Below are positions 1 through 13,215 of a stretch of 64,000 nt of DNA, piece by piece; the first letter of the stretch is position 1; every line of letters begins with the position of its first letter. The notes below the pieces were generated by a model. It had not been told where the DNA came from. It was given only the letters and a program-made list of their open reading frames with translations, and searched no databases. The translations under genes were made by a program, and so were the position numbers. This DNA comes from the human T2T-CHM13v2.0 reference genome, Homo sapiens: NCBI RefSeq assembly GCF_009914755.1, contig NC_060925.1; one strand, written 5' to 3'.

Positions 1-443
1 GCACCATGCCTGGAGCATAGAAAGGGTCCAATAGATGTGAGCTGTGATTGTGCTATGGTGGTAAATTCACTTGCTAGTTGGTGCCTTTTTGCAGGCAACC
101 ATGAAATTCTTGAAGATCTATTTGCACTTTAACACAAAGTAGTGGGTTAAAGTAGATTGAACATGATCTCCCAGAAATGGATTGAATATCATTCCTTCAT
201 ATGAGGGCTTTGCCAGCAGTTCTACCTCCATCAAGAAATGTGTATTCTTTGAGCTTTTACCTGTCCCAGGGTTATTTGAGGCTGGAATAGGATAACATAA
301 TTAAATTGCTCAGCTAACATTAGGCTCTCAGCAAATGCAGATTTCCTTCCTATACTTGTCATTCTTATAAGCAGAGATAGCTTAGAAATTTGCATGACTG
401 AAACTATCCTTTTTTGCATTTGTTTCATGTCACTTTTTAAAAA

Positions 444-908
444 ATTATTTTACTTTAAATTCTGGAATACATGTGCTGAACGTGCAAATTTGTTACATAG
501 GTATACATGTGTCATGGTGGTTTGCTGCACCTATTAACACGTCATCTAAGTTTTAAGCCATGCATGCATTAGGTATTTGTCCTAATACTCTCCCTCCCCT
601 TGCCCCCCACCCCCTGACAGGCCCCGGTGTATGATGTTCCCCTCCCTGTGTCCATGTGTTCTTATTGTTCAACTCCCACTTATGAGTGAGAACATGCAGT
701 GTTCAGTTTTCTGTTCCTGTGTTAGTTTGTGGAGAATGATGGTTTCCAGCTTCATCCATATCCCTGCAAAGGACATGAAATCATTCTTTTTTTATGGCTC
801 CGTAGTATTCCGTGGTGTATATGTGCCACATTTTCTTTATCCAGTCTCTCATTGATAGGTATTTGGCTTGATTCCAAGTCTTTGCTATTGTAAAAAATGC
901 TGCAACAA
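444..908 (-). mobile_element. L1PA (L1PA8-like) 3' end, antisense
   Basis: Reverse complement of an L1 3'UTR and ORF2 C-terminus (TACTTTAAATTCTGGAATACATGTG...CCCACTTATGAGTGAGAACATG), with a T/A-rich tail remnant at about 434-450. Confidence 0.93.
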
Positions 909-1647
909 ATCCAGCAGCACATCAAAAAGCTTATCCACCACATTAAAGTGGGCTTCATCCCTGTGATGCAAGTCTCGTTCAACATAAGCAAATCAATAAA
1001 CGTAATCCATCACATAAACAGAACCAACGACAAAAACTGCATGATTGTCTCAATAGATGCAGAAAAGGCCATCGATAAAATTCAACACCCTTCATGCTAA
1101 AAACACTCAATAAACTACATATTGATGGAACATATCTCAAAATAATAAGAGCTATTTATGACAAATCCATAGCCAATATCATACTGAATGGGTAAAAGCT
1201 GGAAGCATTCCCTTTGAAAATTGGCATAAGACAAGGATGCCCTCTCTCACCACTCCTATTCAACATAGTATTGGAAGTTCTGGCCAGGGCAATTGGGCAA
1301 GAGAAAGAAATAAAATGTATTCAAATAGGAAGAGAGGAAATCAAATTGTCTCTGTTTGCAGATGACATGATTGTATATTTCGAAAACCCCATCGTCTTAG
1401 CCCAAAAACTCCTTAAGCTGGTAAACAACTTCAGCAAAGTCTCAGGCTACACAATTCATGTGCAAAAATCACAAGCATTCTTATACACCAATAATAGACA
1501 AGGAGAGAGCCAAATCATGAGTGAACTCCCATTCACAATTGCTACGAAGAAAATAAAGTACCTAGGAATACAAGTTAAAAGGAACATGAAGGACCTCTTC
1601 AAGGAGAACTACAAATCACTGCTCAAGGAAATAAGAGAGGACACAAA
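908..1647 (+). mobile_element. L1 ORF2 reverse-transcriptase fragment (inverted partner of the 3' end)
   Basis: ORF track gives [18 protein letters not shown] and LFADDMIVY (RT motifs); stops and frameshifts present. Confidence 0.95.
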
Positions 1648-3676
1648 TATTAGATGGATCAATGAGACAGAAAATTAACAATGATATCTAGGACTTGAAC
1701 TCAGTTCTGGACCAAGCAGACCTAATAGACATCTACAGAACTCTCCACTCCAAATCAACAGAATATACATTCTTCTCAGCACCACATTGCACTTATTCTA
1801 AAATTGACCACATAATTGAAAGTAAAATACTCCTCAGCAAATGCAAAAGAACAAAAATCACAATGAACTGTCTCTCAGACCACAATGCAATCAAATTAGA
1901 ACTCAGGATTAAGAAACTCACTCAAAACCACACAACTACATGGAAACTGAACAACTTGCTCCTGAATGACTACTGGGTAAATAACGAAATGAAGGCAGAA
2001 ATAAAGATGTTCTTTGAAACAAATGAGAACAAAGACACAACGTACCAGAATCTGTGGGGCACATTTAAAGCAGTGTGTAGAGGGAAATTTATAGCACTAA
2101 ATGCCCATAAGAGAAAGCAGGAAAGATCTAAAATCAACACCCTAACTATACAATTAAAAAAACTAGAGAAGCAAGAGCAAACAAATTCAAAAGCTAGCAG
2201 AAGACAAGAAATAACTAAGATCAGAGCAGAACTAAAGGAGATAGAGTCACAAAAAACCCATTAGGAAATCAATGAATCCAGGAGCTGGTTTTTTGAAGAG
2301 ATCAGCAAAATAGATGGACCCATAGACAGACTAATAAAGAAGAAAAGAGAGAAGAATCAAATAGACACAATAAAAAATGATAAAGGGGATATCACCACCG
2401 ATCCCACAGAAATACAAACTATCGTTAGAGAATACTATAAACACCTCTACGCAAATAAACTAGAAAATCTAGAAGAAATGGATAAATTCCTGGACACATA
2501 CACTCTCCCAAGACTAAACCAGGAAGAAGTCGAATCTCTGAATAGACCAATAACAGGTTCTGAAATTAAGGCAATAATTAATAGTCTGCCAACCAAAAAA
2601 TGCCTAGAACCGGATGGATTCGCAGCTGAATTCTACCAGAGGTACAAAGAGGAGCTGGTACCATTCGTTCTGAAACTATTCCAGTCAATAGAAAGAGAGG
2701 GAATCCTCCCTAACTCATTTTATGAGGCCAGCATTAGCCTGATATCAAAATCTGTCAGAGACACAACAAAAAAAGAAAATTTGAGGCCAATATTTCTGAT
2801 GAACATAGACACAAAAATCCTCAATAAAATACTGGCAAACCGAATCCAGCAGCACATCAAAAAGTTTATCCACCATGATCAAATCGGCTTCATCCTTGGG
2901 ATGCAAAGCTGATTCAACATACACAAATCAATAAACGTGGTCCATCACATAAACAGAACCAATGACAAAAACCACATGAAGATGCAGAAAAGGCCTTCGA
3001 TAAAATTCAACACTCCTTCATGCTAAACACACTCAATAAACTAGGTATTAATGGAACATATCTCAAAATAATAAGAGGTATTTATGACAAACCCACAGCC
3101 AATATCATACAAAACGGGCAAAAACTGGAAGCATTCCCTTTGAAAACTGGCATAAGACAAGGATGCCCTCTCTCACCACTCCCATTCAACATAGTATTGG
3201 AAGTTCTGGCCAGGGCAATCAGGCAAGAGAAAGAAATAAGGGCATTCAATTAGGAAAAGAGGAACTCAAATTTTCTCTGTTTGCAGATGACATGTTGTAT
3301 ATTTAGAAAACCCCAACTTCTCAGCCTAAAATCTCCTTAAGCTGATAAGCAACTTCAGCAAAGTCTCAGGATACAAAATCAATGTGCAAAAATCACAAGC
3401 ATTCCTATACACCAATAACAGACAAACAGAGAGCCAAATCATGAGTGAGCTCCCATTCACAATTACTACAAAGAGAATAAAAAACTTACGAATCCAACTT
3501 ACAAGGGATGTGACGGACCTCTTCAAGGAGAACTACAAACCATTGCTCAAGGAAATAAAAGAGGACACAAACAAATGGAAAAACATTCCCTGCTCACGGA
3601 TAGGAGAATCAATATCACGAAAATGGCCTTACTGCCCAAAGTAATTTATAGATTCAATGCTATCCCCATCAGGCTA
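1646..3676 (+). mobile_element. Second L1 ORF2 fragment (endonuclease C-terminal half to RT), truncated at both ends
   Basis: ORFs [22 protein letters not shown] (EN), [17 protein letters not shown] and QGCPLSPL; ends at TTCAATGCTATCCCCATCAGGCTA with no 3'UTR. Confidence 0.95.
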
Positions 3677-4582
3677 ATAAGTGAGAAAATAGATGTTCAC
3701 CCAAACCAAGTAAAAAAAAATTCATAAATATCTATGTAACATGATTTACCTGATAATTCCTAAATAACTATTATAAAAGAATTACTCTAGTAGAATAGGG
3801 TTCTGAAAATGGGAAAAGTATGGAGGTGACTTTCAGTCCATTTTATAAATTCTAGCTTATAGGAAATTCATATATTACAAAGGAAAAATCTTAGAACAAA
3901 TAGAATAAGTTGATTTGTGCTGTTCTTAGTATTGGCTTAGCAACTTCCACAGTTAGGCAAAATCATCACATCATGATAAAAGAATGCAAAAATCCTGTGT
4001 CTATATAAGAAATGTGACCTGCATTGCATAGTAGAAGAACCTCAGGCTTAGCCACATTGATGTGGTTTAAGTTAATATCTAACTTAGCTAGTTCCTTTCT
4101 TCCTTTAGTTCATTGCAAAGCTTTTTCTGTATCAAGTAGCATTCTCTCTCTCTCTCTCTGTTTCTCAGTAAAGCAATCCAAAAATACCATTCTTAGCTTT
4201 TGAGTAAGTCCTCAGTCATCTATGGAAGCTAGAGTTCAAAGCTTTGAAACACTGTTGTGCAATTCCCTTTTTATTCCCCTAATATAGTATAGCACTTAAA
4301 AAACTTTCTCTCCGTCCTAATCATTGTCATCATAAATTAAAAGATCATAATCAGTGTAGAGTAGCTGTTCCTCTACTGGATGGAAAACTCTTGGCACTTA
4401 CACGTCCCTTAATTAGAGAATGGAAGCCATGATGATTCAGCCAATACTCACTGTTCTCTTGGGTAGAGAGTAGAGAGAGGCTCAGTTACAGCTCTTTGAA
4501 GATTAAGGTAAGAAGAACACAGGTTTTGGCGTCAGACTAGCAAGAGTGCCAGACGACTCTAGACCACCTATGAGCTGTGCCC

Positions 4583-4970
4583 TATATTTGTTTGCTAGGG
4601 CTGCTGTAACAATGCACCACAAACTGAGTGGCCTAAACAATAGACATCTACTTTCTCACAGTCCTGGAAGCTAAAAGTCCAAGATCAAGGTGTTGGCAGG
4701 ATGGCTTTCTTCTGAGGGCCTCTTTCCTTGGCTTAGATGGCTATCTTCTCCCTGTGTCTTCAGATGGTCGTTTCTCTGTAACTGCTTGTGCGCCTAGATT
4801 TCTTCTTACAAGGACATCAATCATATTGGACAAGGGCTAGTCTTCATGATCTAATTTTATCTAAATTATGTGTTTATAGACCCTGTTTTCAAATATAGTC
4901 ACATTCTGACATATTAGGGGTTAGAATTTCAACATATGCATCTTGGGTGGACATAATTCAGTGCATCAAA
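4583..4970 (-). mobile_element. MLT1A/B-type MaLR solo LTR inserted in a MIR-like remnant
   Basis: GCTAGGGCTGCTGTAACAA...AAGTCCAAGATCAAGGTG...GTCACATTCTGA; flanked by TGTGCCC at 4576-4582 and 4971-4977. Confidence 0.85.
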
Positions 4971-5446
4971 TGTGCCCTCATCCAAATTCCTTAGAATTCT
5001 GGGGCTTGTTTATTTGGAATGTGTGACATGGTCAATTGTGAAGAATTGTGGATGTTGACCATCAGGTGAAGACCATGCTTCACATACCCAAGGTAGGGGT
5101 CATTGTCCCAATATAAGCATATTCATGTCAATCTCTACTTTTCACCATTAAAGTTGTTGCTTTTTAAATAATAACAATGGGTTTACCTGATGTATTCAAA
5201 GTATACATTTTTTAAAAATCTGTGTTTCCTAGAGTAATTGCCAAACCTAGCATACTACAAATAAAAGGATATTTATCTAGGTTGAATCTATAAAGACTTG
5301 GGATTTATTTAGAATTTACATACTTGGAGATTACTGCATATTAAGATGGCATGGCATCATATATATCCCTATATAATCATATTTATTGATTATTTTTATT
5401 TCTTCTTTTCTCCCAACTTTCACATCAAAATAATCACCAGGTTCAT

Positions 5447-5805
5447 GATTATTTTGTGAATGTTTGTGTCCCCCCCCCAATTCATATGTTGAAACCTAAC
5501 CCCAAGGCAATAATATTAAACAGTGGGGCCTTTGGGAGGTGTTTAGGTCATGAGGGTTCTATCCCAATGAATGGGTTTAGTGCCCTTATAAAAGGGGCCT
5601 GAGGAAGCTTGTTTGCCCCTCCTGTCATGTGAGTACACAGCTAGAAGGCAGTATCTATGAATAATAGGTCCTCACCAGACACTGGATCTGCAGGTGCATT
5701 GACCTTGGACTTCCAAGCTTCTACAAATACAAGAAATAAATGTGTGCTGTTTGTAAATGACCCCGTCTAAAGTATTTTGTTGTAGCTGCCATAATGGACA
5801 AAGAC
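5447..5805 (+). mobile_element. MLT1A0-like MaLR solo LTR
   Basis: GAATGTTTGTGTCCCCCCC..AATTCATATGTTGAA..GGGGCCTTTGGGAGGTG..CCTTGGACTTCCAAGC..AAATAAA. Confidence 0.85.
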
Positions 5806-7067
5806 AGTCCACCAGCATCTGTTTGCTACATATGTTTCTCTCCCCATCTTTCCTGCCCTCATCATAGTTCAAGTCCTCAGCTTTTTTTTGGTGGCTGGGG
5901 TATGGGTTCTGTACCATTTTAACAGCCTTCTCATTGTTTTTTTTCTCCTTCTAGTCCTGCCATGTCATATCCATAAATACTGTGGTCAAGCTAATGTATC
6001 AAACTGCAAATTAGATTACATCTCTAACTCATAATCTATCAATTGTGTGATATTGTATATAGCAGTCTACCTGAAATAATAGTTATATTGGGACAGAAAC
6101 TGCGGATAACAGTCACATGTGTGACATAGTCCAAGTAATAACTAATGCTATCAGAGGCTGTTCCATAGATAAAATTGACTTGATTGCTCCAACCATTATA
6201 TACTTTTCTCTCCCATTTGTACGTGATCAGTCTATGCCAGCACCGATTTAGAAAATCAGATCTGAACTCCTTTTCACGACATTCAACACTAGTGATTGAG
6301 AAACCCCCAGCCAGACCTGGGCCTGCCCTCCAGTGATTTGGAAGTCCCCAGAGTTCCCCTTGTTGTCAGTTAGAACTCCATTCCTCTCCTTGTTGCTTGA
6401 AGTTTTCCATGAACAGATACCTGCCTTCCGGTCTTGCCATCACATTTCGATGGTACGTTTTATGCCATAATCACATCAAGCTCTCATGATTTGTTTGCCT
6501 GTTAGTCTCACTCCTAGCCTAAAAGCACCTCCATAGTATTTTCTTCAACTTTATTTCTCTGGTGCACTTAGAAATGTCAAAGCAATAACCACTTGAGATG
6601 AAAAAAATATCAGAAGGTATAGAAGTGACAGACACTTTCTGCACCTAAATATTTTTAATCTTCATCATGTTTATGGATATCTTCATGAAGAAATTAGGAT
6701 AAGGGAAGAAAAGAAAGAAATGAAGGAATAAGTATGGGAACAAAACAATGAAAAAGAGTATGAGAAAGGGTGAATTCATCCTGATTTTGTATACCCTATC
6801 CCAGGATTCACCCACCCAATAATCACCAGACCTGTGCACACAGCAAGGGTGGTCCAGCCATCCCAACTCTGCTGACTACAAGCAGGCTGATCTTGCTGCC
6901 TTCATGCTGTGTTCCTCCTCTCTTGCTCTTTTTGAGAACATGCCCAGCTCCTGATCCCTTGTCTTCATCTTCCCTTCCTGTTTTTGTTCCAATTTTGAAT
7001 CTTTCTCAGTCATTGAGAACCATTTCTGCTGTGGCAGCTTGGCCATCACTCCAGACGAAACTTTGAC

Positions 7068-7203
7068 AGAAAAGAAAAAGATTAAAAAAGTCAAGGAAGA
7101 AGAAATGAGAAAGCAAGGAAAAAATGAGGGAAAAGAAGAGAAGAAAGAAAAAGAAGAGAAGAAAGAAAAAGAAGAGAAGAAAAAGACAAGGAAGAGAGAA
7201 GGA
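7068..7203. repeat. GA-rich low-complexity tract including about 3 copies of 18-bp GAAGAGAAGAAAGAAAAA
   Basis: Directly visible; explains the K/E-rich and F/S-rich ORFs. Confidence 0.9.
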
Positions 7204-7709
7204 GTCAAAGCATTTCATGGAGTTAATTTATCATTTTTCTCTCCACGATCTTTTATTTCTATTTGGATTATTCACTTGACTCTCATTTAGCATAAAGGCA
7301 GAAAATGTTTTCCTTAAATGTCCCATAAGAGTGGCTTGGATTTTTCACTCCATAGAGAAATCACAAAATTTTGACTCAATTGAATGTAACTAAAATTGTT
7401 CCAAAGAAGAATTATTATTAAAAAGCTCTTGGCTGTGAAAATGAGAGTAACTTTAGTCTGGAAAAGGATTTTTTGGAAAAAAAAAAAAAACACACCCTCC
7501 TACTGCCTCTGAACTAAAGGGACACAAAAACCATGATAATAAGACAGGCCCATTCAACTTTCCATGGAAAGCTGTGACCCAAACACTTAACAAAGAAGGA
7601 CAGTCTTGAATTAGCAGTAATGCTGGTGTTTTTTATACACACACACAAGAATGACTTTAAGGATACTTTTGTCAATCTTTTAGTCCTGATGAGCAAAGTT
7701 CATATTTTC

Positions 7710-8457
7710 TTTTAAAATTTTTAGGCTCAGGGGTACATGTGCAGGTTGGTTATAAAGATAAATTCGTGTCATGGGAGTTTGGTGTACAGATTATCTCATC
7801 ATCCAGGTAATAAGTATAGTACCTAATAGGTATTTCTTTTCTGATCCTCTCTCTCTTCCCACCCTGCACCCTCAAGTAGGGCCCCGTGTCTGTTGTTCTC
7901 CTCTTTCTGTCCATGTGTTCTTGTTATTTAGCTCCCATTTGTAAGTAAGAACATGCGGTCTTTAGTTTTCTGTTCTTGCATTAATTTGCTAAGGATAATG
8001 GTCTCCAGCTCCATCCATGTTGCCACAAAGGAGATGATCTCATCCCTTCTTGTGGCTTCATAATATTCCATGGTGTATATGTACCACATTTTCTTTATCC
8101 AGTCTACCATTGATAAGCATTCATGTTGATACCATGTCCTTGCTTTTGTAAATAGTGCTGCAATGAACATAACACATGTATGTCTCTTTATGGTAGAATA
8201 ATTTATATTCTTTGGGGTATATTATATACCCAATAATCATATTGCTGAGTGTAATTCCATTTTTAGTTCTTTGAGGAATCATCACACTGCTTTCCACAGT
8301 GGCTGAATTAGTTTACACTCCCACCAGCAGTGGATAAACATTCTCTTTTCTCTGCAACCCTGCCAGCATCTGTTATTTTTTATTTTTAAAAATAGAAATT
8401 CTGACTGGTGTGAGATGGTATCTCATTGTGGTTTTTATTTGCATTTCTCTAATGATT
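7710..8457 (-). mobile_element. L1PA15/16-like 3' end
   Basis: GGGGTACATGTGCAGGTT..CACCCTCAAGTAGG; the antisense ORF MFIAALFT..WIKKMWYIYTMEYY is the ORF2 C-terminus. Confidence 0.9.
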
Positions 8458-9199
8458 GGAAATCTTTCTTAATGATCTAAATAAGCATCTACCTTCCCTA
8501 ATACACCTCAAGTTATTCTTTCTACAATGCTACATTTAACACAACTGATTGAACAGGGGTCTTTACATATAAAAAGAATGATCTAACTTTAAAAGCTCCA
8601 TCCAATCGGACTTTTATATTCCAAAATGACTTTTAATTCATAGTTTCAGCAAATATATATTGAACACAAACCATGCAATAAGCCCTTTGCTGGGATGTAG
8701 GGAGATAGTCCTCTTTGAAACAATTAAAGTTGGGAAGTGTTGTCATTATTGCTTTTATTTCAATAGATAATCCATAGTTTAGGAATCTGAAGTATTTATA
8801 ATTGAGTATAGAAACATAGATGAATTTTACATTTATAATTCGGCAAGCACTCGAAATCTACTTAAAGAATGCTGCCTCTGTAGCATACTTCCTAAGTGAA
8901 ACATGTAAGGAGATTGCCATTTAAAATGGACTGCTCTACCTTAGTGCTGGCAAATGTTGTGGATGTAACTTAATAACCACTTACAGAGTCTACAGTGTTG
9001 CCTTAGCCAGTGCAAGATGTACTCAAACACACTCTGAATGCAACTTGTTCTTTGCCTACTATGCTAGTTTTTTGAACTGAGTTCCATTTAACTATCTCAT
9101 TAGATTAGTGAATTCTCTTCGTTTACTTTGTGAATCATGTGAACCAACACCCACAGTTCACAGCTTTATGTTTCCCCCAACACTTCTGCTTGCACCATT

Positions 9200-9535
9200 G
9201 TGTTGTAGGCTTACCCAATGTCAGTTGTGTTTGTTCCCAACTGTGTTTGTATCTACAGTCCTTGTTCCTATAATTAAGCAGCATACAAGGCAATACAATG
9301 TGAGCCCCCAAAGAGAGTTATAGTTTCTAATATTTGTGTTAAATTAGGTGCAGGCAAGTTGACTATAAAAGACTGGGAAAGATTGTAAACATCTTTAAGC
9401 ATCCTGGGCTCAGATTGCTTTGCATGTCTGTGTAATTTTGGCCTCACTTTAAAGAAAACAAACTTGATAAATCATGGAATAATGCATTACAGGTGTGAGT
9501 ATATGAGAAAGACTATGTGAGCTTCAATCAGGCAG

Positions 9536-9566
<31 letters not shown>

Positions 9567-9715
9567 AGCCATGGGTCTATTTAAAAAAAGATGGGGAAAT
9601 AAATGTACATTTATTAAATTCAAATAAGCAGTGGAGGGTATGTATGCATTACTTTCATGATTCTCTCCTTAACAGGCTCTTTCAATTAACCAGCCAACTG
9701 CAGGTCCAATTGATT
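9200..9715 (+). mobile_element. Ancient Tigger (Tigger15a-like) TcMar fragment containing a (CA)n
   Basis: AAATTAGGTGCAGGCAAG..AAAAGACTGGGAAA..CTCAGATTGCTTTGCA..TTTAAAGAAA..ATGCATTA and TTCAATTAACCAGCCAACTG resemble the recalled consensus. Confidence 0.65.
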
Positions 9716-10142
9716 CAGGCTAGGTGAGACCTAAAATTGGGGCTTAGTCTGGGAGGGCTTTTGACTTCACCTAGGAAAGAATTCAAGAACAAGCTTGTGA
9801 TGTTAAATAGCAACTTTTATTGAAGTCACAGTGTGCAGCAGCAGGAGAGATACAGCTCCTTGTAGAGCAAGGATAGCCCACAGGCAGTATGCCCAGAGTA
9901 GCAGCTCAGAGGCAGTTTTACAGTTATATTTATACCTACTTTTATTTATATGCAAATTATGCGACGGTTTATGCAGAAATTTACAGGAAAAGAGTAGTAA
10001 CTTCCAGGTTTCCCGGTTGTTGCCATGGCAAGGGACAGTAACTTCTGGTTGTTGCCATGGCAATAGTAAACTGTTTTAGCTAGTCCTTAAACTGGTTCAG
10101 TGTCCAAGCCTCATCTTGGAGTTGATCCCACCTCCTACCTCA
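9716..10142 (-). mobile_element. MER66-family (ERV1) solo LTR with internal deletion
   Basis: AAAATTGGGGCTTAG..GGAAAGAATTCAAG..GCCCAGAGTAGCAGCTCAGAGGCAG..GTTGCCATGG..CCTCCTACCTCA. Confidence 0.8.
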
Positions 10143-10967
10143 CTATTACTTTTACACTGAAATGCAGGGATGGCTGAGAAAGAATATAGTGTGTTTAGCA
10201 AAAGGCACACTGGTTTCTACTCTTCCCTCAGCCACTTTGAGCAAGGCACTTATTCTTTCAAAATCTTGACTTCTTGTTTGTAACCTAAGGAAAACAATAC
10301 CTGTTATACCCACTTTACAGATTTCTTTTGAGAACCAAATGAGGTAATTAATGAAAACATTTTATAAATTCCAAAATGCTAAAAAATGTCGAATAGATCT
10401 GGGCTCTAAATTCCTAATGATAGGAACTGTGTCTTGCATAACTTTAAATTCTGAGAAAGCCCATAGAATGGCGCTTGCAGAGAGTTAAAATAATAAATCT
10501 TTAATACATAAGTTAATACGTGAATAATCTCATTCTTTTACTTTTCCAAGAAAGAACACACTGCAATGATGTGCTGCCAATAGAAACATTGTCTCCTGGC
10601 CTGTCCTTTCTGACATTGTGTCAGGTTGGCATGATGGGCCTCTTAGCAGTTGTCTGTATTGTGACTATTGTGCTATGTTATAGAGAAAGTACATGCCAAC
10701 CTTCTTACACAGGTTTATGTGGTACAAGATAGGTATCTATTAAATTGAACTTATTGGGTGAATGAATGAATTAGGGATGAGTAAATGAGTTAAAATGGTT
10801 GGACTTTTTTGGGAACACTTTTTTTCTAAAGATTACTGTGAAAGCAATAGAAATTAGTGGTTGTTCAGTTAACAATAACTGAATAGCACTCAGGAAATAT
10901 TTACTGAACATTTTTGAATACATGTGTAGATACAATGTATGAACATGGAGATAAACCTGCCTTAAAG

Positions 10968-12635
10968 TCACTAAATGTTTACACTAACAACAAAAGGGAA
11001 ATTAAGAAGGCAATTTTATTTACAATAGCATCACAAAGAAGAAAATACTTAGAAATAAATTTGACCAAAGATATGAAAGACTTGTATGCTGAAAATTACA
11101 AAATTTTAGTAAAAGAAATGTAAAAAGACACAAATAATTAGAAAGACATTTCGTGTTCATAGATCAGAAAAATTAAGATTATTAAAATGTCAATATTTCT
11201 CAAAGCAATCTTCAGTCAATGTAATTCCTATCAAAATCCAAATGACATTTTTTACAGAAGTAAAACAATCCTGAAATTCATTTGGAAACACAAAATGAAC
11301 CTGGACAAGGAAAGCAATTTGGAAAAAAAGAATAAAACTGGAGGCATATTCCCTGATTTCAAAACACATTACAAAGCTATAGCAGGCACAAGAGTATGGT
11401 AGTGGAATAAAAATATACACAGAGATCAATGGAACAAAATAGCTCCAAGATAAATCCATGAATATATGGTTGGCTGATCCTCAATAAGGGTGCCAAAAAT
11501 ATATAATGGTGAAAAGATGGTATCCTCAATAAGTGATGTACATGCAAAATAATGAATTAAAAATTATCTTATTCCATATACAAAAGTCAATGCAAAATAA
11601 ATTTAAAACTTACATGTAAAACCTGAAGTAATAATACTCTTAGAAGAAAATATAGGGGAAAAGCGTCCAGACTTTAACCTAGTCAATGTTTCCTTGGCCA
11701 CAAGCCCAGAAGCACATGCAACAAAACAAAAAATATACAAGTGGGATTACTTCAAATTAAAAATCTTTTAAACGACAAAATGTAAAGTCAATATATGCAA
11801 AGGGAGAGAATATCTGCAGACCATATATCTGATAAAGGATTAATATCCAAAATATATAACTCCTATAACTCAATAGCAAAATGTCAAATAACCTGATTTG
11901 AAACAGCCAAGGGGGCTGAATAGACATTTCTCCAAAGAAGACATACAGATGAACAACAGGTATATGAAAAAGTGCTCACCGTCACTAATCATTAGGGAAA
12001 TGCAAATCAAAACCACAGCTAGATATCGTTTTTCACCTGTTAAGATGACTATTATCAAAAAAAACAAAGGACACAAGTATTGGTGAGTGAGCGGAGACAA
12101 GGGAACCCTGTACGTTGTTGGCAGAAACTTAAATTGGTGTAGCCACTATGGAAACAAGTATGATGATTTCTTAAAGAAATTAAAGATGGAAATACTATTT
12201 GATTCATCAATCCCACGTCTGTATGTATTCAAAGGATTTGAAATTGGTATGCCAAAGAGATATCTGTCCTCCATGTTAATTGCAGCATTATTCACAATAG
12301 CCAAGATACAGAAACAACCTACGTATTCATTGCTGGATGAATGGATAAAGAAAATGGGGTGTATATACAATGGAATACTAGTCAACCATAACAAGGAAAT
12401 CTTGCTATTTCTGACAACATGAATGAATCTGGAAGACATGATCTTAAGCAAAATAAGCCAGACATAGAAAATCAAATACTGCATCATTTCATTTAGATGT
12501 GGAATCTAAAATAGTCAAACACACGGAAGCACAGAGTATAACGGTGGTTGTCAGGAGTTAAGGGGAGGGCAAAATGGTGAGGTGTTGGTAAAAGGATACA
12601 AAGTTTCAGCTATGCAAGGTAAATTAGTTCCGGAG
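10968..12635 (+). mobile_element. L1MA (L1MA8/9-like) ORF2 3' half and part of the 3'UTR
   Basis: Degenerate ORF2 peptides ([30 protein letters not shown]) followed by an L1MA-type 3'UTR. Confidence 0.9.
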
Positions 12636-12694
12636 GAAAATAAGGTATTAAGGGTGCCTTAAAACCATTTGCTACTAGTACTTGTAATAGAGTA

Positions 12695-13215
12695 GCTTTT
12701 TAAAAAAATTGAGAATTGTATCATGCACATGATAAAAAACTCAAACAGTTCAAAAAGCTATATAGTGAAAATAAGTATCCTTCCCAGACCATAGAACAGA
12801 CGCTTTCCTTAGGGGAGCCATTGTTAATGATTTTTTTTGCATATTCTTTTTGAAATTTTACTTCTGCATAGAAACATATTTATATACTCCTTATATATTT
12901 TTGACTTACACACTGAGACATAAATATATTGAATGTATTTTGTTCCTTCTAAACTTAACAATGTGTCTTACAAAATTTTCCTTATCAGTATACATAGATT
13001 AATGTCATTGTGTTCAATAGCTTTACTATCACTCATTTAACTGTTTCCTCATTGATACTTAGTTTGTTTCACATTCTTTGTTATTCTGAAAATGTTTTAA
13101 TAAATTAGTGTTTATGCACACACATGCACACACACACAGAGAAACTTGTTTATATGCCTGATAATATCTGTAGAATTAATCCCTAAATATAGAACTTTGG
13201 GGATAAAATTTTGAA
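12695..13215 (-). mobile_element. Degenerate L1ME 3' fragment
   Basis: Antisense L1ME-type 3'UTR tracts (TCAGTATACATAGAT, CTCATTGATACTTAG, ATATCTGTAGAATTAATCCCTAAA). Confidence 0.55.

Noticed and set aside
897-3644. Longest ORFs (up to 189 aa) with EN/RT motifs as an active retro-element or novel RT system
   Set aside because: They are fragments of L1 ORF2 broken by stops and frameshifts, with no ORF1 or promoter.
6876-7290. K/E-rich and F/S-rich ORFs
   Set aside because: Produced by GA-rich low-complexity sequence.
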